Shown here: piece after piece, positions 50,403 to 60,572 of the stretch | How positions within the stretch are numbered: the first letter of the stretch is position 1 | Layout of the letters: every line of letters begins with the position of its first letter | Assembly (NCBI GenBank): GCA_052389535.1 | Contig: JBQTHU010000001.1 | Coordinates: 5,575 to 69,574 of the forward strand | Direction of reading: 5' to 3' | DNA length: 64,000 nt | From: Betaproteobacteria bacterium | GTDB lineage: Bacteria > Pseudomonadota > Gammaproteobacteria > Burkholderiales > SG8-41 | Program-made: the position numbers and the translations under genes | Notes under the pieces: model-generated | The model's database searches: none | What the model saw: the letters and a program-made list of their open reading frames with translations, nothing else | Told to the model about the DNA's origin: nothing

Positions 50403-50432
50403 TCGATCGCGATTGGCGGGACCGCGGCCGCA

Positions 50433-50744
50433 TCAGCGCTCGACCTGCCAGATGACATCGACGTTCTTCCTGATCGCGCGCTGAAGCAGCTCGATCAGCG
50501 GAAAGGCGCGCTGGCGCAGCGATACGGGCGGATTCCGCTCGTCACGTGTCGACTCGGCGCTCCGCTGCGGCGTCTCCTGCTGCGCGCCGACGGCGGCCTG
50601 CAACCGCTCCACGGCGGCCGGGATATCGGTGGCGAGAATCGCGCCCGGCACGTCGCCGGTCTGTCCCATCATCCTGAGCAACTTCACCGCGACGTCGCCG
50701 AACATGATGAGGTCGCCTGCGTCGCTGCGGAATCGCACCAGCAT
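50433..50744 (-). CDS. DUF1840 domain protein
   Basis: MLVRFRSDAGDLIMFGDVAVKLLRMMGQTG.VPGAI is the typical DUF1840 opening. Confidence 0.7.
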   Translation of the reverse strand: MLVRFRSDAGDLIMFGDVAVKLLRMMGQTGDVPGAILATDIPAAVERLQAAVGAQQETPQRSAESTRDERNPPVSLRQRAFPLIELLQRAIRKNVDVIWQVER

Positions 50745-50816
50745 ATTGAGCCTTGTCAGGTTATCGGAACGCCGGTTGGACAGCGTCTCTCGGGCTAAAT
50801 TCGCGGCGGCGGCTAT

Positions 50817-51740
50817 TCACGCGCGCGTGGAAGCCGCCGGCTTCAAGCTGATGGCCACCACGCCGATCAAGACCAGCCCTGCACCGGCCGCCTGCAGCGG
50901 GGTCATCAACTCGTCCAGCCCGACATAGCCGAGAAGGATCGCGGTGACCGGTCCCAGGGCGCCGATGATCGCAACCTTGTTGGCGCCGATGCGGCGCAGC
51001 GCCTCCGCCACGAGGAAACCGGGGATCACGGTACTCACCAGCGCCATCGCGACTGAAAGCCCGTAGACGGGCGCGGGGAGATCGAGCGCCGACAACGGCC
51101 GCAGCAGGAAGAACTGCACGATGCAGGCGATGCTCGCCACCGTCATGGCGTAGGCCGTGAAGCGCACCGATCCCACGCGCGAGATCACTTCGCTTCCGGC
51201 AACGAGATAGATCGCGTAACAGGTGGCGCTGGCGAATACCAGGGAAGCGCCCAGCCAGAGATCGCGCTGCTCGCCGCCCACCGCATGCCAGAACACGAGC
51301 AGCAGGCCGACATACGTCAGCACCAGTGCAAGCACTTCGCGCGGAGCTGCGCGCTTGCGGAGAAACAGCGCCGAGAGCACGACCACGACGGTGGGATAGA
51401 CGAACTGCAGCAGGCGCCCGAGTCCCGCGGAAATGTACTGCAGGCCCAGGAAATCGAGAAAGCTCGCAACGTAGTAGCTGAGCAGCCCCAGCCCGACGAT
51501 GGCGGCGACGTCGCGGCGCGCGAGCGGACGCTCGTTCGCGCGCTGGCTCGACCACAGCGCGGTCGCGACGAAGAACGGAACCGAGAACAGCATCCGCAGG
51601 GCGAGCAGCGTGACCGGATCGACGACGTAGGCGTAAGCAAGCTTGATGAAGATCGGGCGCAGCGAAAAACATATGACCCCGGCGATTGCGAAGAGCAGCC
51701 CGACCGCGATGTACCCGGAAGGCCTGTCCGGCCGGCTCAC
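50817..51740 (-). CDS. EamA/DMT superfamily transporter
   Basis: Probable GTG start at 51740 overlapping the upstream stop (GTGA). Ten-TM-like profile: ..[26 protein letters not shown]... Confidence 0.8.
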   Translation of the reverse strand: MSRPDRPSGYIAVGLLFAIAGVICFSLRPIFIKLAYAYVVDPVTLLALRMLFSVPFFVATALWSSQRANERPLARRDVAAIVGLGLLSYYVASFLDFLGLQYISAGLGRLLQFVYPTVVVVLSALFLRKRAAPREVLALVLTYVGLLLVFWHAVGGEQRDLWLGASLVFASATCYAIYLVAGSEVISRVGSVRFTAYAMTVASIACIVQFFLLRPLSALDLPAPVYGLSVAMALVSTVIPGFLVAEALRRIGANKVAIIGALGPVTAILLGYVGLDELMTPLQAAGAGLVLIGVVAISLKPAASTRA

Positions 51741-53248
51741 CGGCGCCTGCCGCCGCCGAGGAGCGAACCGAGCACGCCGCGGATGATCTGGCGCCCGACT
51801 TCCGAGCCGATGGCACGGGCGGCACTGCGGGTTGCCGCCTCCACCGCACCTTCGCGCCGGCCGCCGCGCGGGCCGGTGGAACCGCCGAGTATGCTGCCCA
51901 GCGTTCCGAGGAATCCGCCCCCTGCCCGTTGCCCGCTGCCCTGATCGACGGCCTTGCCGGAAGCTTCCGTTTCGACCACGCGCTGGCTCAGTTTCTCGTA
52001 CGCCGATTCGCGGTCTTCTATCTTGTCGTAGACGCCGGCAATCTGCGAGGAGCGGATCAGCTCTGCGCGCTCCTGCGCGGTGACGGGACCGATCCGCGTG
52101 CCCGGGGGCACGACGAAGGCGCGTTCCACCACCGCCGGCCGGCCTTTTTCGTCGAGCAACGACACCAACGCTTCGCCGACCCCCAACTCGGTGATGGCCG
52201 ATTCGACATTGAGCCTGGGATTCGCTCGCAGTGTGGTGGCGGCCGACTTGACCGCCTTCTGATCCCGCGGCGTGAAGGCCCGCAGCGCGTGCTGCACGCG
52301 GTTGCCGAGCTGGCCGAGCACGGTGTCGGGGATGTCGAGCGGATTCTGGGTGACGAAGTAAACGCCTACGCCCTTGGATCGGATAAGGCGCACGACCTGC
52401 TCGATTTTTTCCAGCAGCGCGGGTGAGGCATCGTCGAAGAGCAAATGCGCTTCGTCGAAAAAGAACACGAGCTTCGGTTTGTCCGGGTCGCCGACTTCGG
52501 GAAGCTGCTCGAACAGCTCCGCCAGCAGCCACAGCAGGAAGCTCGCGTAGAGCTTGGGCGCGGTCATGAGCTTGTCGGCCGCGAGGATGTTGATGACGCC
52601 GCCTCCCTGGTCGTCGGTCTGGATCAGGTCGGCGATATTCAGCGCCGGCTCCGCGAAGAATTTTTCGGCGCCCTGGTGCTCCAGCGTCAGCAGGCCGCGC
52701 TGGATGGCGCCGATCGATGCGGCGGAGATGTTGCCGTACTGCGTGGTGTACGAACGCGCGTTCTCGCCGACGTGCTGCAGCATGGCGCGCAGATCCTTGA
52801 GATCGAGCAGCAGCAGCCCATGATCGTCGGCGATCTTGAACGCGAGCGTCAGCACGCCGGCCTGCGTGTCGTTCAGGTTCAGCATGCGTGAGAGCAACAG
52901 CGGTCCCATCTCGGAGATGGTGGCGCGCACCGGATGACCTTGTGCGCCGTAGGTGTCCCACAGCACGACCGGACAGGCATCGAAAGCGAAGTCCTTGAGC
53001 TTGAGCTGGTCGATGCGCTCCTTGATCTTCCCCTTCGCCTCGCCTTTCTGAGAAAGACCCGCGAGATCGCCTTTCACATCCGCCATGAACACCGGCACGC
53101 CGATGCGGCTCAGCCCCTCGGCGATCCGCTGCAGCGTCACGGTCTTGCCGGTGCCGGTCGCGCCGGCGATGAGTCCGTGGCGGTTCACCATCTGCGGCAG
53201 AAGGTGAATCTCACTCTTGGATCTTGCGACGAGAATGGGGTCCGGCAT
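51737..53248 (-). CDS. HerA-like P-loop ATPase, DUF853/YjgR family
   Basis: Internal Met 53248 ([11 protein letters not shown]..). [19 protein letters not shown] Walker A, ..[12 protein letters not shown] Walker B, and a Gly/Arg-rich C-terminus. Confidence 0.85.
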   Translation of the reverse strand: MPDPILVARSKSEIHLLPQMVNRHGLIAGATGTGKTVTLQRIAEGLSRIGVPVFMADVKGDLAGLSQKGEAKGKIKERIDQLKLKDFAFDACPVVLWDTYGAQGHPVRATISEMGPLLLSRMLNLNDTQAGVLTLAFKIADDHGLLLLDLKDLRAMLQHVGENARSYTTQYGNISAASIGAIQRGLLTLEHQGAEKFFAEPALNIADLIQTDDQGGGVINILAADKLMTAPKLYASFLLWLLAELFEQLPEVGDPDKPKLVFFFDEAHLLFDDASPALLEKIEQVVRLIRSKGVGVYFVTQNPLDIPDTVLGQLGNRVQHALRAFTPRDQKAVKSAATTLRANPRLNVESAITELGVGEALVSLLDEKGRPAVVERAFVVPPGTRIGPVTAQERAELIRSSQIAGVYDKIEDRESAYEKLSQRVVETEASGKAVDQGSGQRAGGGFLGTLGSILGGSTGPRGGRREGAVEAATRSAARAIGSEVGRQIIRGVLGSLLGGGRRR

Positions 53249-53319
53249 GGCGGTCTCGGCGAGGTGGTGTGGTAAGATTTGAGCCATTCTAGCGGTTATC
53301 TGCACCTCGAGAGCATCGT

Positions 53320-54051
53320 ATGGCGGGCCATTCGAAATGGGCCAACATCCAGCATCGCAAGGGTCGTCAGGATGCGAAGCGCGGGAAGATCTTCACGCGC
53401 CTGATCAAGGAAATCACGGTGGCAGCGCGGCTCGGAGGAGGCGATCCGGGCTCCAATCCGCGCCTGCGTCTCGCGGTGGACAAAGCCTACGACAACAACA
53501 TGCCGAAGGAGAACGTCGAGCGCGCGATCAAGCGCGGCACCGGCGGCCTCGAAGGCGTGAGCTACGAAGAAGTGCGCTACGAAGGCTACGGCATTGGCGG
53601 CGCCGCCGTCATGGTGGATTGCATGACCGACAACAAGCATCGCACGGTGGCCGACGTGCGGCATGCGTTCACCAAGTACGGCGGCAATCTCGGCACGGAT
53701 GGTTCGGTTGCGTTCCTCTTCAAGCACTGCGGGCAGATGGTGTTCGCGCCCGGCACCAATGAAGAAAAACTGATGGAGGCGGCGATCGACGCCGGCGCAG
53801 ACGACATCATCACCAACGACGACAGCAGCATCGAAGTGATCACCGGCGCGAATGATTTTTCCGAAGTCAGAAGGGCGCTGGAGAAATCGGGTTTCAAGCC
53901 TGATCTCGCCGAAGTGACGATGAAGCCCGCGACCGAGAACGTGCTCAGCGGAGACGACGCCGCGCGCATGCAGCGGCTGCTCGATGCGCTGGAGGCGGTG
54001 GACGACGTGCAGGAGGTCTATACCAACGCAGTGCTGGATCAGGCGGCATGA
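53320..54051 (+). CDS. yebC: YebC/PmpR family DNA-binding transcriptional regulator
   Basis: [37 protein letters not shown]. Confidence 0.95.
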   Translation: MAGHSKWANIQHRKGRQDAKRGKIFTRLIKEITVAARLGGGDPGSNPRLRLAVDKAYDNNMPKENVERAIKRGTGGLEGVSYEEVRYEGYGIGGAAVMVDCMTDNKHRTVADVRHAFTKYGGNLGTDGSVAFLFKHCGQMVFAPGTNEEKLMEAAIDAGADDIITNDDSSIEVITGANDFSEVRRALEKSGFKPDLAEVTMKPATENVLSGDDAARMQRLLDALEAVDDVQEVYTNAVLDQAA

Positions 54052-54079
54052 AGCTCGCTACGACGGGAGGGCAGCGCTC

Positions 54080-54598
54080 ATTCGGATACTCGGCATAGAT
54101 CCGGGCTTGCGGGTGACCGGCTTTGGCGTGCTGGACAAGGCCGGACAGCGGCTCGTCTATGTCACCAGCGGCTGCATCAGGGTGCCGGCCGGCGAACTCA
54201 GTGCCCGCCTCAAGGCCATACTCGACGGGCTGGTCGAAGTGATCGCCAGTTGCCGTCCCGAGCAGGTGGCGCTGGAAAAAGTCTTCGTCAACGTCAACCC
54301 GCAGTCCACGCTGCTGCTCGGCCAGGCGCGCGGCACGGCGATCTGCGCGGCGGTCATGCATCAGCTCCCGGTATCCGAGTACACCGCGCTGCAGGTGAAG
54401 CAGGCGGTGGTCGGCAATGGCCACGCCGGCAAGGAACAGGTACAGGAAATGGTGAAGCGGCTGCTCGCGCTCGATGGCAATCCCAGTCCCGATGCGGCCG
54501 ATGCGCTGGCGTGCGCGATCTGCCATGCGCACGGCGGACAGGGCCTCGGGCGCCTCGCTACGGCCGGCTATCGCGTGCGGCGCGGGAGACTGGTGTGA
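54080..54598 (+). CDS. ruvC: Holliday junction resolvase RuvC (apparent ATT start)
   Basis: (I/M)[18 protein letters not shown].. is the canonical RuvC N-terminus. No ATG, GTG or TTG lies in frame between ATG 53984 and this point. GGGAGGG lies 8 nt upstream of ATT 54080. The ORF is 173 codons including the stop (172 aa), close to the 173-aa E. coli RuvC. Confidence 0.8.
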   Translation: MRILGIDPGLRVTGFGVLDKAGQRLVYVTSGCIRVPAGELSARLKAILDGLVEVIASCRPEQVALEKVFVNVNPQSTLLLGQARGTAICAAVMHQLPVSEYTALQVKQAVVGNGHAGKEQVQEMVKRLLALDGNPSPDAADALACAICHAHGGQGLGRLATAGYRVRRGRLV

Positions 54599-55173
54599 TC
54601 GGGAGGTTGAGCGGAAGGTTGCTCGCCAAGCACCCCCCGCAGATCGTGGTCGACGTGCAGGGCGTCGGCTACGAGTTGGACGTGCCGATGAGCACGCTCT
54701 ACCAGCTCCCCGCGAGCGGCGGCGACGTCACCCTCTTTACGCACCTCGTCGTGCGCGAGGACGCCCACCAACTCTACGGCTTCGCGACCGAGTCCGAGCG
54801 CATGGCCTTTCGGCAGCTGCTCAAGATATCGGGCGTGGGCGCGCGCACGGCGCTCTCGGTGCTGTCCGGCATGAGCGTCGCGGATCTGCAGCAGGCGGTG
54901 AACGCGCAGGACACCGGACGGCTCACGAGGATCCCCGGCATCGGCAAGAAAACGGCGGAGCGGCTGATGCTCGAGCTTCGGCACAAGCTCGAACTGAGCG
55001 GGATCACAATGCCGGCAGACGAAGCGGCCGAATCGGGCAGCGACATCGTCAATGCGCTGCTCGCCCTTGGCTATAATGACCGCGAAGCGGCGTGGGCGCT
55101 CAAGCAATTGCCTTCCGGCGTCAGCGTGACCGAAGGCATCCGGCAGGCGTTGAAGCTGTTATCCAAACAATGA
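54595..55173 (+). CDS. ruvA: Holliday junction branch migration protein RuvA
   Basis: GTG start overlaps the ruvC stop. (V/M)[43 protein letters not shown]. Confidence 0.93.
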   Translation: MIGRLSGRLLAKHPPQIVVDVQGVGYELDVPMSTLYQLPASGGDVTLFTHLVVREDAHQLYGFATESERMAFRQLLKISGVGARTALSVLSGMSVADLQQAVNAQDTGRLTRIPGIGKKTAERLMLELRHKLELSGITMPADEAAESGSDIVNALLALGYNDREAAWALKQLPSGVSVTEGIRQALKLLSKQ

Positions 55174-56225
55174 TCGAGACCGATCGTCTCATCTCCGCCG
55201 GCCCGACTTCCCCGCAGGAGGAAGCGTTCGAGCGCGCGCTGCGTCCCAAGGCGCTGGACGAGTACATCGGGCAGGAAAAGATACGGGGCCAGATTTCGAT
55301 CTTCATCGAGGCGGCCCGCCGCCGTCGTGAAGCGCTCGACCATGTGCTGCTGTTCGGGCCGCCCGGATTGGGCAAAACCACGCTCGCGCACATCATTTCG
55401 CGCGAGATGGGCGTCAATCTGCGGCACACCTCCGGCCCGGTGCTCGAGCGCGCGGGCGATCTCGCAGCCATTCTCACCAATCTGGAGCCGAACGATGTGC
55501 TCTTCATCGACGAGATCCATCGCCTCTCGCCGGTGGTCGAAGAAGTGCTCTATCCCGCGCTCGAAGATTTTCAGATCGACATCATGATCGGCGAAGGGCC
55601 GGCGGCGCGTTCGGTGAAGCTCGATCTGCCGCCCTTCACGCTGGTCGGCGCCACGACGCGTGCCGGCATGCTCACGAATCCGCTGCGCGACCGCTTCGGT
55701 ATCGTCGCGCGGCTGGAGTTCTACTCGGCCGACGAGCTGACCCGCATCGTTCAGCGCTCGGCGCAACTGCTCGCCGTAGAAGTGAGCGCGGACGGCGCGC
55801 GCGAAATCGCCGGCCGCGCGCGGGGCACGCCGCGCATCTCGAACCGCCTGCTGCGCCGCGTGCGCGACTACGCCGAAGTGAAGGCGGCGGGAAAAGTGAC
55901 CGGCGAGGTGGCCTCCGCGGCGCTCAAAATGCTCGACGTCGATCCGCTCGGCTTCGACGTGATGGATCGGAAGCTGCTGCTCGCGGTGATCGAGAAGTTC
56001 AGCGGCGGTCCGGTCGGTCTCGACAATCTCGCGGCCGCGATCGGCGAGGAGCGCGACACCATCGAGGATGTGCTGGAGCCGTATCTCATCCAGCAAGGGT
56101 ATCTCCAGCGCACGCCGCGCGGGCGCATGGCGACCGTGTCGGCGTATCGCCATTTCGGGCTCGCTCAGCCGCAACCAGCCGGGACACCGGGACTGTGGGA
56201 CGAGTCCAAGAGCGACCAGCGATGA
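55170..56225 (+). CDS. ruvB: Holliday junction branch migration DNA helicase RuvB
   Basis: [37 protein letters not shown]. Confidence 0.97.
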   Translation: MIETDRLISAGPTSPQEEAFERALRPKALDEYIGQEKIRGQISIFIEAARRRREALDHVLLFGPPGLGKTTLAHIISREMGVNLRHTSGPVLERAGDLAAILTNLEPNDVLFIDEIHRLSPVVEEVLYPALEDFQIDIMIGEGPAARSVKLDLPPFTLVGATTRAGMLTNPLRDRFGIVARLEFYSADELTRIVQRSAQLLAVEVSADGAREIAGRARGTPRISNRLLRRVRDYAEVKAAGKVTGEVASAALKMLDVDPLGFDVMDRKLLLAVIEKFSGGPVGLDNLAAAIGEERDTIEDVLEPYLIQQGYLQRTPRGRMATVSAYRHFGLAQPQPAGTPGLWDESKSDQR

Positions 56226-56228
56226 CGG

Positions 56229-56681
56229 ATGAATAGCCGCTCCGAGCCGCGTGCCGGCGCAGCCGGCGTGCCGCGCGCGCAACCCTTTTCATGGCCGATC
56301 CGCGTTTATTACGAGGACACCGACAGCGGGGGCATCGTCTACTACGCGAACTATCTCAAGTTCATGGAGCGCGCGCGTACCGAGTGGCTGCGTGCGCTCG
56401 GCTTCACCCAGCGCGACCTCGCCGAACGCGAAGGCGTCGTGTTCGTTGTCCGTGCGCTTGGAATCGAGTACCTCAGACCGTCGCGGTTTGACGACAGTTT
56501 GCAGGTGACGGTGGAACCCGTTAAGGTTGGGGCGGGGCAGATCGTGGTGGCGCAGGAGGTGCGGCGCGCGGCTGAGCTGCTCGCAAGCGCGGAAGTGCGG
56601 CTTGCCTGCGTCAACGTTGCCACCATGCGCCCCGTTAGGATTCCGCAGGCGGTCCTTATAAAAACAGGAACGATATCGTGA
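56229..56681 (+). CDS. ybgC: Tol-Pal system-associated acyl-CoA thioesterase YbgC
   Basis: FSWPIRVYYEDTDSGGIVYYANYLKFMERARTEWLR. Confidence 0.9.
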   Translation: MNSRSEPRAGAAGVPRAQPFSWPIRVYYEDTDSGGIVYYANYLKFMERARTEWLRALGFTQRDLAEREGVVFVVRALGIEYLRPSRFDDSLQVTVEPVKVGAGQIVVAQEVRRAAELLASAEVRLACVNVATMRPVRIPQAVLIKTGTIS

Positions 56682-57361
56682 CATCCACGGTTACCCACGA
56701 CATGTCGGTGCTGAGCCTGATGGCCAATGCCAGCGTGCTGGTCCAGCTCGTCATGGCGCTGTTGCTGCTGGCGTCGCTCTTCTCCTGGTATTACATCTTC
56801 ATCAAGGTGTTCGTGCTGAAGCGCGCGGACCGGCTGGCGGGTGATTTCGAAAAGGAGTTCTGGAGCGGTGCGGATCTCAACGATCTCTACCAGCGCGCCG
56901 TCAATTCCCGCAGGGGCGCGGGCAGCATGGAGCGCATCTTCGAGGCGGGCTTCCGCGAGTTCGCCAAGCTGCGCAAGCAGGCCGGCATGGACCTCGTCGT
57001 GGTGATGGACGGCACACGCCGGGCGATGCGCGCGACGCTGCAGCGGGAGATGGACCAGCTCGAATCGCACCTTTCGTTTCTGGCCTCGGTCGGTTCGGTC
57101 AGCCCGTACGTCGGCCTCTTTGGCACGGTGTGGGGCATCATGAACGCCTTCCGCGGGCTCGCGAACGTCGCCCAGGCGACGCTGGGCCACGTCGCGCCGG
57201 GCATCGCCGAAGCGCTGATCGCAACCGCAATGGGTCTTTTCGCGGCGATTCCCGCGGTCATCGCCTACAACCGCTTCGCCGGCGAAGTCAACCGCCTGGC
57301 GACGCGGTTCGAGTCGTTCATGGAAGAGTTCTCCAACATCCTGCAGCGGCAGGCGCACTAA
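56678..57361 (+). CDS. tolQ: Tol-Pal system protein TolQ
   Basis: GTG start overlaps the ybgC stop (alternative ATG 56699). MSVLSLMANASVLVQLVM..PYVGLFGTVWGIM. Confidence 0.93.
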   Translation: MTSTVTHDMSVLSLMANASVLVQLVMALLLLASLFSWYYIFIKVFVLKRADRLAGDFEKEFWSGADLNDLYQRAVNSRRGAGSMERIFEAGFREFAKLRKQAGMDLVVVMDGTRRAMRATLQREMDQLESHLSFLASVGSVSPYVGLFGTVWGIMNAFRGLANVAQATLGHVAPGIAEALIATAMGLFAAIPAVIAYNRFAGEVNRLATRFESFMEEFSNILQRQAH

Positions 57362-57382
57362 CGGGCTGCGAGGACGCAAGCA

Positions 57383-57805
57383 GTGGTCATTGAAAAACGC
57401 AGCAGCCGGCGGCTCATGAACGAAATCAACGTCGTGCCGTATATCGACGTGATGCTGGTGCTGCTGGTGATCTTCATGGTCACCGCGCCGTTCATCACGC
57501 CGGGACAGGTCGAGCTGCCATCGATCGACAAGGCCTCCACGCCGCCGGTCCAGCCGCTCGAAGTATCGATACGCATCGATCGCTCGCTGTGGCTGCGCGA
57601 CCGCTCCAAGGGATCGGCCGACCGCAGGGTGACCCGCGATGACCTGATCCAGGCGCTGCGCGAAAAGCAGAAGCAGAATCCGGAGCAGGCGGTCGTCATC
57701 GCCGCCGACAAGGAAGTGCGCTACGAAGCCGTGCTGGAAGTGATGGACATGCTGCAGCAGAACCAGATCCGCAAGGTGGGGCTGCTCGCGAAGCCGCGCA
57801 AGTGA
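57383..57805 (+). CDS. tolR: Tol-Pal system protein TolR (ExbD family)
   Basis: MNEINVVPYIDVMLVLLVIFMVTAP. The start is either GTG 57383 or ATG 57416. Confidence 0.9.
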   Translation: MVIEKRSSRRLMNEINVVPYIDVMLVLLVIFMVTAPFITPGQVELPSIDKASTPPVQPLEVSIRIDRSLWLRDRSKGSADRRVTRDDLIQALREKQKQNPEQAVVIAADKEVRYEAVLEVMDMLQQNQIRKVGLLAKPRK

Positions 57806-58671
57806 CCGTGGACGACGTTACCAGGCGGGAACGGACGATCTCCGGCGCGCTCGCGCTGGCGATGCACGCGCTGTTCCTGATCCTGCTGGTGGTCGGCGTC
57901 TCGTGGCAATCGCAGCGCACCGCCGCGCCCGTGACCGTGGAGCTGTGGAGCGAGCTGCCGCCGGCCGCCCGTCCGGCGCCCGAGCCGCCCCCGCCGCCGG
58001 AACCGGTCAAGCAGGCGCCGCGACCCGAACCTCGCCCGGAACCCAAGCCGGAATTCAAGCCCGCGCCCAAGCCCGATATCGCGCTGCAGGAGCAGCTCGC
58101 CAAGAAGAAGCTCCTGGAAGCGAAGGAGCGGGAGCGGGAACTGAAGGAAAAGCTCGCGAAGGAGAAAGCGGAAAAAGCGGAAAAAGATAGGCAGCTCAAA
58201 GAGGCTGAAGCGCAGAAGCGCAAGGATAAGGAGCTCGCGGACCAGAAGCAGCGCGAATTGGAAAAAAAGCGTCTCGCTGAGAAACACCGTCAGGAGGAAC
58301 TCGCGAGAATCGCGAAAGAGAAAGAACAGGCGCTCGCAAAGCTGCTTGCTCAGCAGCAGGCGCAGCAGGCGGCCGAGGCGGCAGCGCGGGCGCGGCTCGA
58401 CGCCTACAGCCGGCTGGTCGGCGACCGCATCAAGCGCTACATCGTGCTGCCGCCCAACATCCAGGGCAATCCCGAGGCACAATTCGAGGTGGTTCAGATT
58501 CCCGGGGGCGAAATCCTGACCGTGAGGCTGAAGCGCAGCAGCGGCAATCCGGCGTACGATGCGGCGGTCGAGCGCGCGATCCACAAGGCGTCGCCGCTGC
58601 CGCCCCCGCCCGACCCGGCGCGTTTCGGCGAGGTGCGCGAGCTCGATCTGAAATTCAGACCCAAGGAATAG
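57802..58671 (+). CDS. tolA: Tol-Pal system protein TolA
   Basis: N-terminal TM helix, Pro-rich linker, long Lys/Glu/Ala helical region, and a C-terminal TolA domain (..YDAAVERAIHKASPLPPPPD). Confidence 0.9.
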   Translation: MTVDDVTRRERTISGALALAMHALFLILLVVGVSWQSQRTAAPVTVELWSELPPAARPAPEPPPPPEPVKQAPRPEPRPEPKPEFKPAPKPDIALQEQLAKKKLLEAKERERELKEKLAKEKAEKAEKDRQLKEAEAQKRKDKELADQKQRELEKKRLAEKHRQEELARIAKEKEQALAKLLAQQQAQQAAEAAARARLDAYSRLVGDRIKRYIVLPPNIQGNPEAQFEVVQIPGGEILTVRLKRSSGNPAYDAAVERAIHKASPLPPPPDPARFGEVRELDLKFRPKE

Positions 58672-58682
58672 GAAATAGCATC

Positions 58683-59969
58683 ATGCGAACCTTCAAGCTG
58701 CTGTTCGGCACATTCCTGCTTGTGCTCGCCTTCGCACCTGCCGGCGTGCACGCCGCGCTCACCATCGAGATCATCGGCGCCGGCGCGAACCAGATTCCGA
58801 TCGCGATCGTCCCTTTCCGCGCGGAGAACGCGCTTTCGCAGCAGCTCACGCCGGTCATCAGCGCCGATCTCGCGCGAAGCGGCCTGTTCCGCATGGTCGA
58901 TGCCGGCGGCGTCAACCCGCTGCCCACCGAGCCGGGCGAAGTCAATTTCGGGACGTGGACGGCGCGCGGCGCGGAGGCGCTGGTCATCGGCAACGTCATC
59001 GCGCAGCCCGACGGCCGCTACGAGATCCGCTTCCGGCTGATGGACGCGGTCAAGCAGACGCAGCTTGCCGGCTTTGCCTACACCGCGACCGCGGCGCAGT
59101 TGCGGCTTACCGCGCACAAGATCGCCGACGTGATTTATGAGAAGCTGACCGGCGACGTCGGCGTCTTCTCCACGCGCGTTACCTACATCGTCAAGCGCGG
59201 CGCGCGCTACGAGCTGCAGGTCGCGGACGCAGACGGTTACAACGCGCAGAGCGTGCTCGGCTCCAACGAGCCGATCATCTCGCCGTCATGGTCTCCGGAC
59301 GGCACGCGGCTCGCCTACGTCTCATTCGAGAACCGCAAACCGGTGGTGTACGTGCAGTCGCTGGTCACGGGCGGACGCCAGGCGGTGGCGAATTTCCGCG
59401 GCAGCAACAGCGCGCCGGCATGGTCGCCGGACGGCAGGCGGCTCGCGGTGGTGTTGACGCGCGACGGCAACTCGCAGATCTATCTCATCAATGCCGACGG
59501 CAGCGGCACGCCGACCCGCGTAAGCAACAGTTCGGCGATCGATACCGAACCCAATTTCTCCCCTGACGGTCAACTGTTGCTGTTCACTTCCGATCGCGGC
59601 GGCAGCCCGCAGATCTACGGCATGCCGGCGAACGGCGGCGCGGCGCGGCGCCTCACCTTCGAGGGCAATTACAACGTGTCGCCGCGCTTCAGTCCCGACG
59701 GAAAAACGTTCGCGTTCGTGCAGCGGAGCGGCAACCGTTTCAATATCGCGGTACAGGATCTCGCATCGCGGCAGGTGCAGGTTCTCACCGACGGCAGCAT
59801 CGACGAATCGCCGAGCTTCGCGCCCAACGGGCGGATGATCCTCTACGCGTCCACCGTGGGAGGCCGTGGTATATTAGCCGCGGTATCGAGCGATGGCAGA
59901 GTACGTCAAAGGCTCACCGAAACAGCAGGCGACGTGCGTGAACCCGCATGGGGGCCGCTGGTCAAATGA
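58683..59969 (+). CDS. tolB: Tol-Pal system beta-propeller protein TolB
   Basis: Signal peptide, then repeated PxWSPDG blades (SPSWSPDGTRLAY, APAWSPDGRRLA, PNFSPDGQLL, PRFSPDGKTF). Confidence 0.95.
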   Translation: MRTFKLLFGTFLLVLAFAPAGVHAALTIEIIGAGANQIPIAIVPFRAENALSQQLTPVISADLARSGLFRMVDAGGVNPLPTEPGEVNFGTWTARGAEALVIGNVIAQPDGRYEIRFRLMDAVKQTQLAGFAYTATAAQLRLTAHKIADVIYEKLTGDVGVFSTRVTYIVKRGARYELQVADADGYNAQSVLGSNEPIISPSWSPDGTRLAYVSFENRKPVVYVQSLVTGGRQAVANFRGSNSAPAWSPDGRRLAVVLTRDGNSQIYLINADGSGTPTRVSNSSAIDTEPNFSPDGQLLLFTSDRGGSPQIYGMPANGGAARRLTFEGNYNVSPRFSPDGKTFAFVQRSGNRFNIAVQDLASRQVQVLTDGSIDESPSFAPNGRMILYASTVGGRGILAAVSSDGRVRQRLTETAGDVREPAWGPLVK

Positions 59970-59997
59970 CAATGTTATTTTTCCGAGGAGTGGAGAC

Positions 59998-60546
59998 ATG
60001 AGAAGAATGCTCACAGGCATGGCTATTGCCAGCCTGCTGGCTGCATGCGCGAGCACGCCGGACGAACAGGAGGCGGCTAAAGTCGAGGAACGTCTGCCGA
60101 CCGCCAAGCCTACGGCACCTGCCAAGCCGGTCGACCCGGGCGCGACCGCGACCAAGCCGCTGGATACGGGCAAGGTGGCGGGCGACCCGCTGAAGGATCC
60201 GGCGAACATCCTTTCGAAGCGCAGCATTTACTTCGATTACGACAGCAACGCGGTGAAGGACGAGTACCGCCCCGTCATCTCGGCCCACGCGAAGTACCTG
60301 AGCCAGAACCGCTCGCGGCGCGTGCGCATCGAGGGCAATACCGACGAGCGCGGCAGCCGCGAGTACAACCTCGCGCTGGGGCAGCGCCGCGCCGACGCGG
60401 TGAAGCAGATGATGGAACTGCTCGGCGCCTCCGGCAGCCAGATCGAGACGCTGAGCTTCGGCGAAGAAAAACCGAAGGCGACCGGCAGCGACGAGGCCTC
60501 CTGGGCCGAGAACCGGCGCGCCGACCTTCGCTATCAGGGAGAGTGA
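59998..60546 (+). CDS. pal: Peptidoglycan-associated lipoprotein Pal
   Basis: Internal ATG 59998 with GGAGTGGAGAC upstream. Lipobox LLAAC. OmpA-like domain: IYFDYDSNAV..GNTDERGSREYNLALGQRRA. Confidence 0.95.
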   Translation: MRRMLTGMAIASLLAACASTPDEQEAAKVEERLPTAKPTAPAKPVDPGATATKPLDTGKVAGDPLKDPANILSKRSIYFDYDSNAVKDEYRPVISAHAKYLSQNRSRRVRIEGNTDERGSREYNLALGQRRADAVKQMMELLGASGSQIETLSFGEEKPKATGSDEASWAENRRADLRYQGE

Positions 60547-60572
60547 GCGCCTGACGGGGCCGGCGCGGCGCC

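Noticed and set aside
57990-58400. Short tandem repeats and low-complexity DNA: the GAAAAAGCG duplication and Lys/Glu/Ala codon runs in tolA, plus the CAG/CAA run at 13717-13775 in secB.
   Set aside because: These are in-frame coding low complexity (the TolA helical domain and the SecB Gln-rich tail). They are not CRISPR arrays or non-coding satellites.
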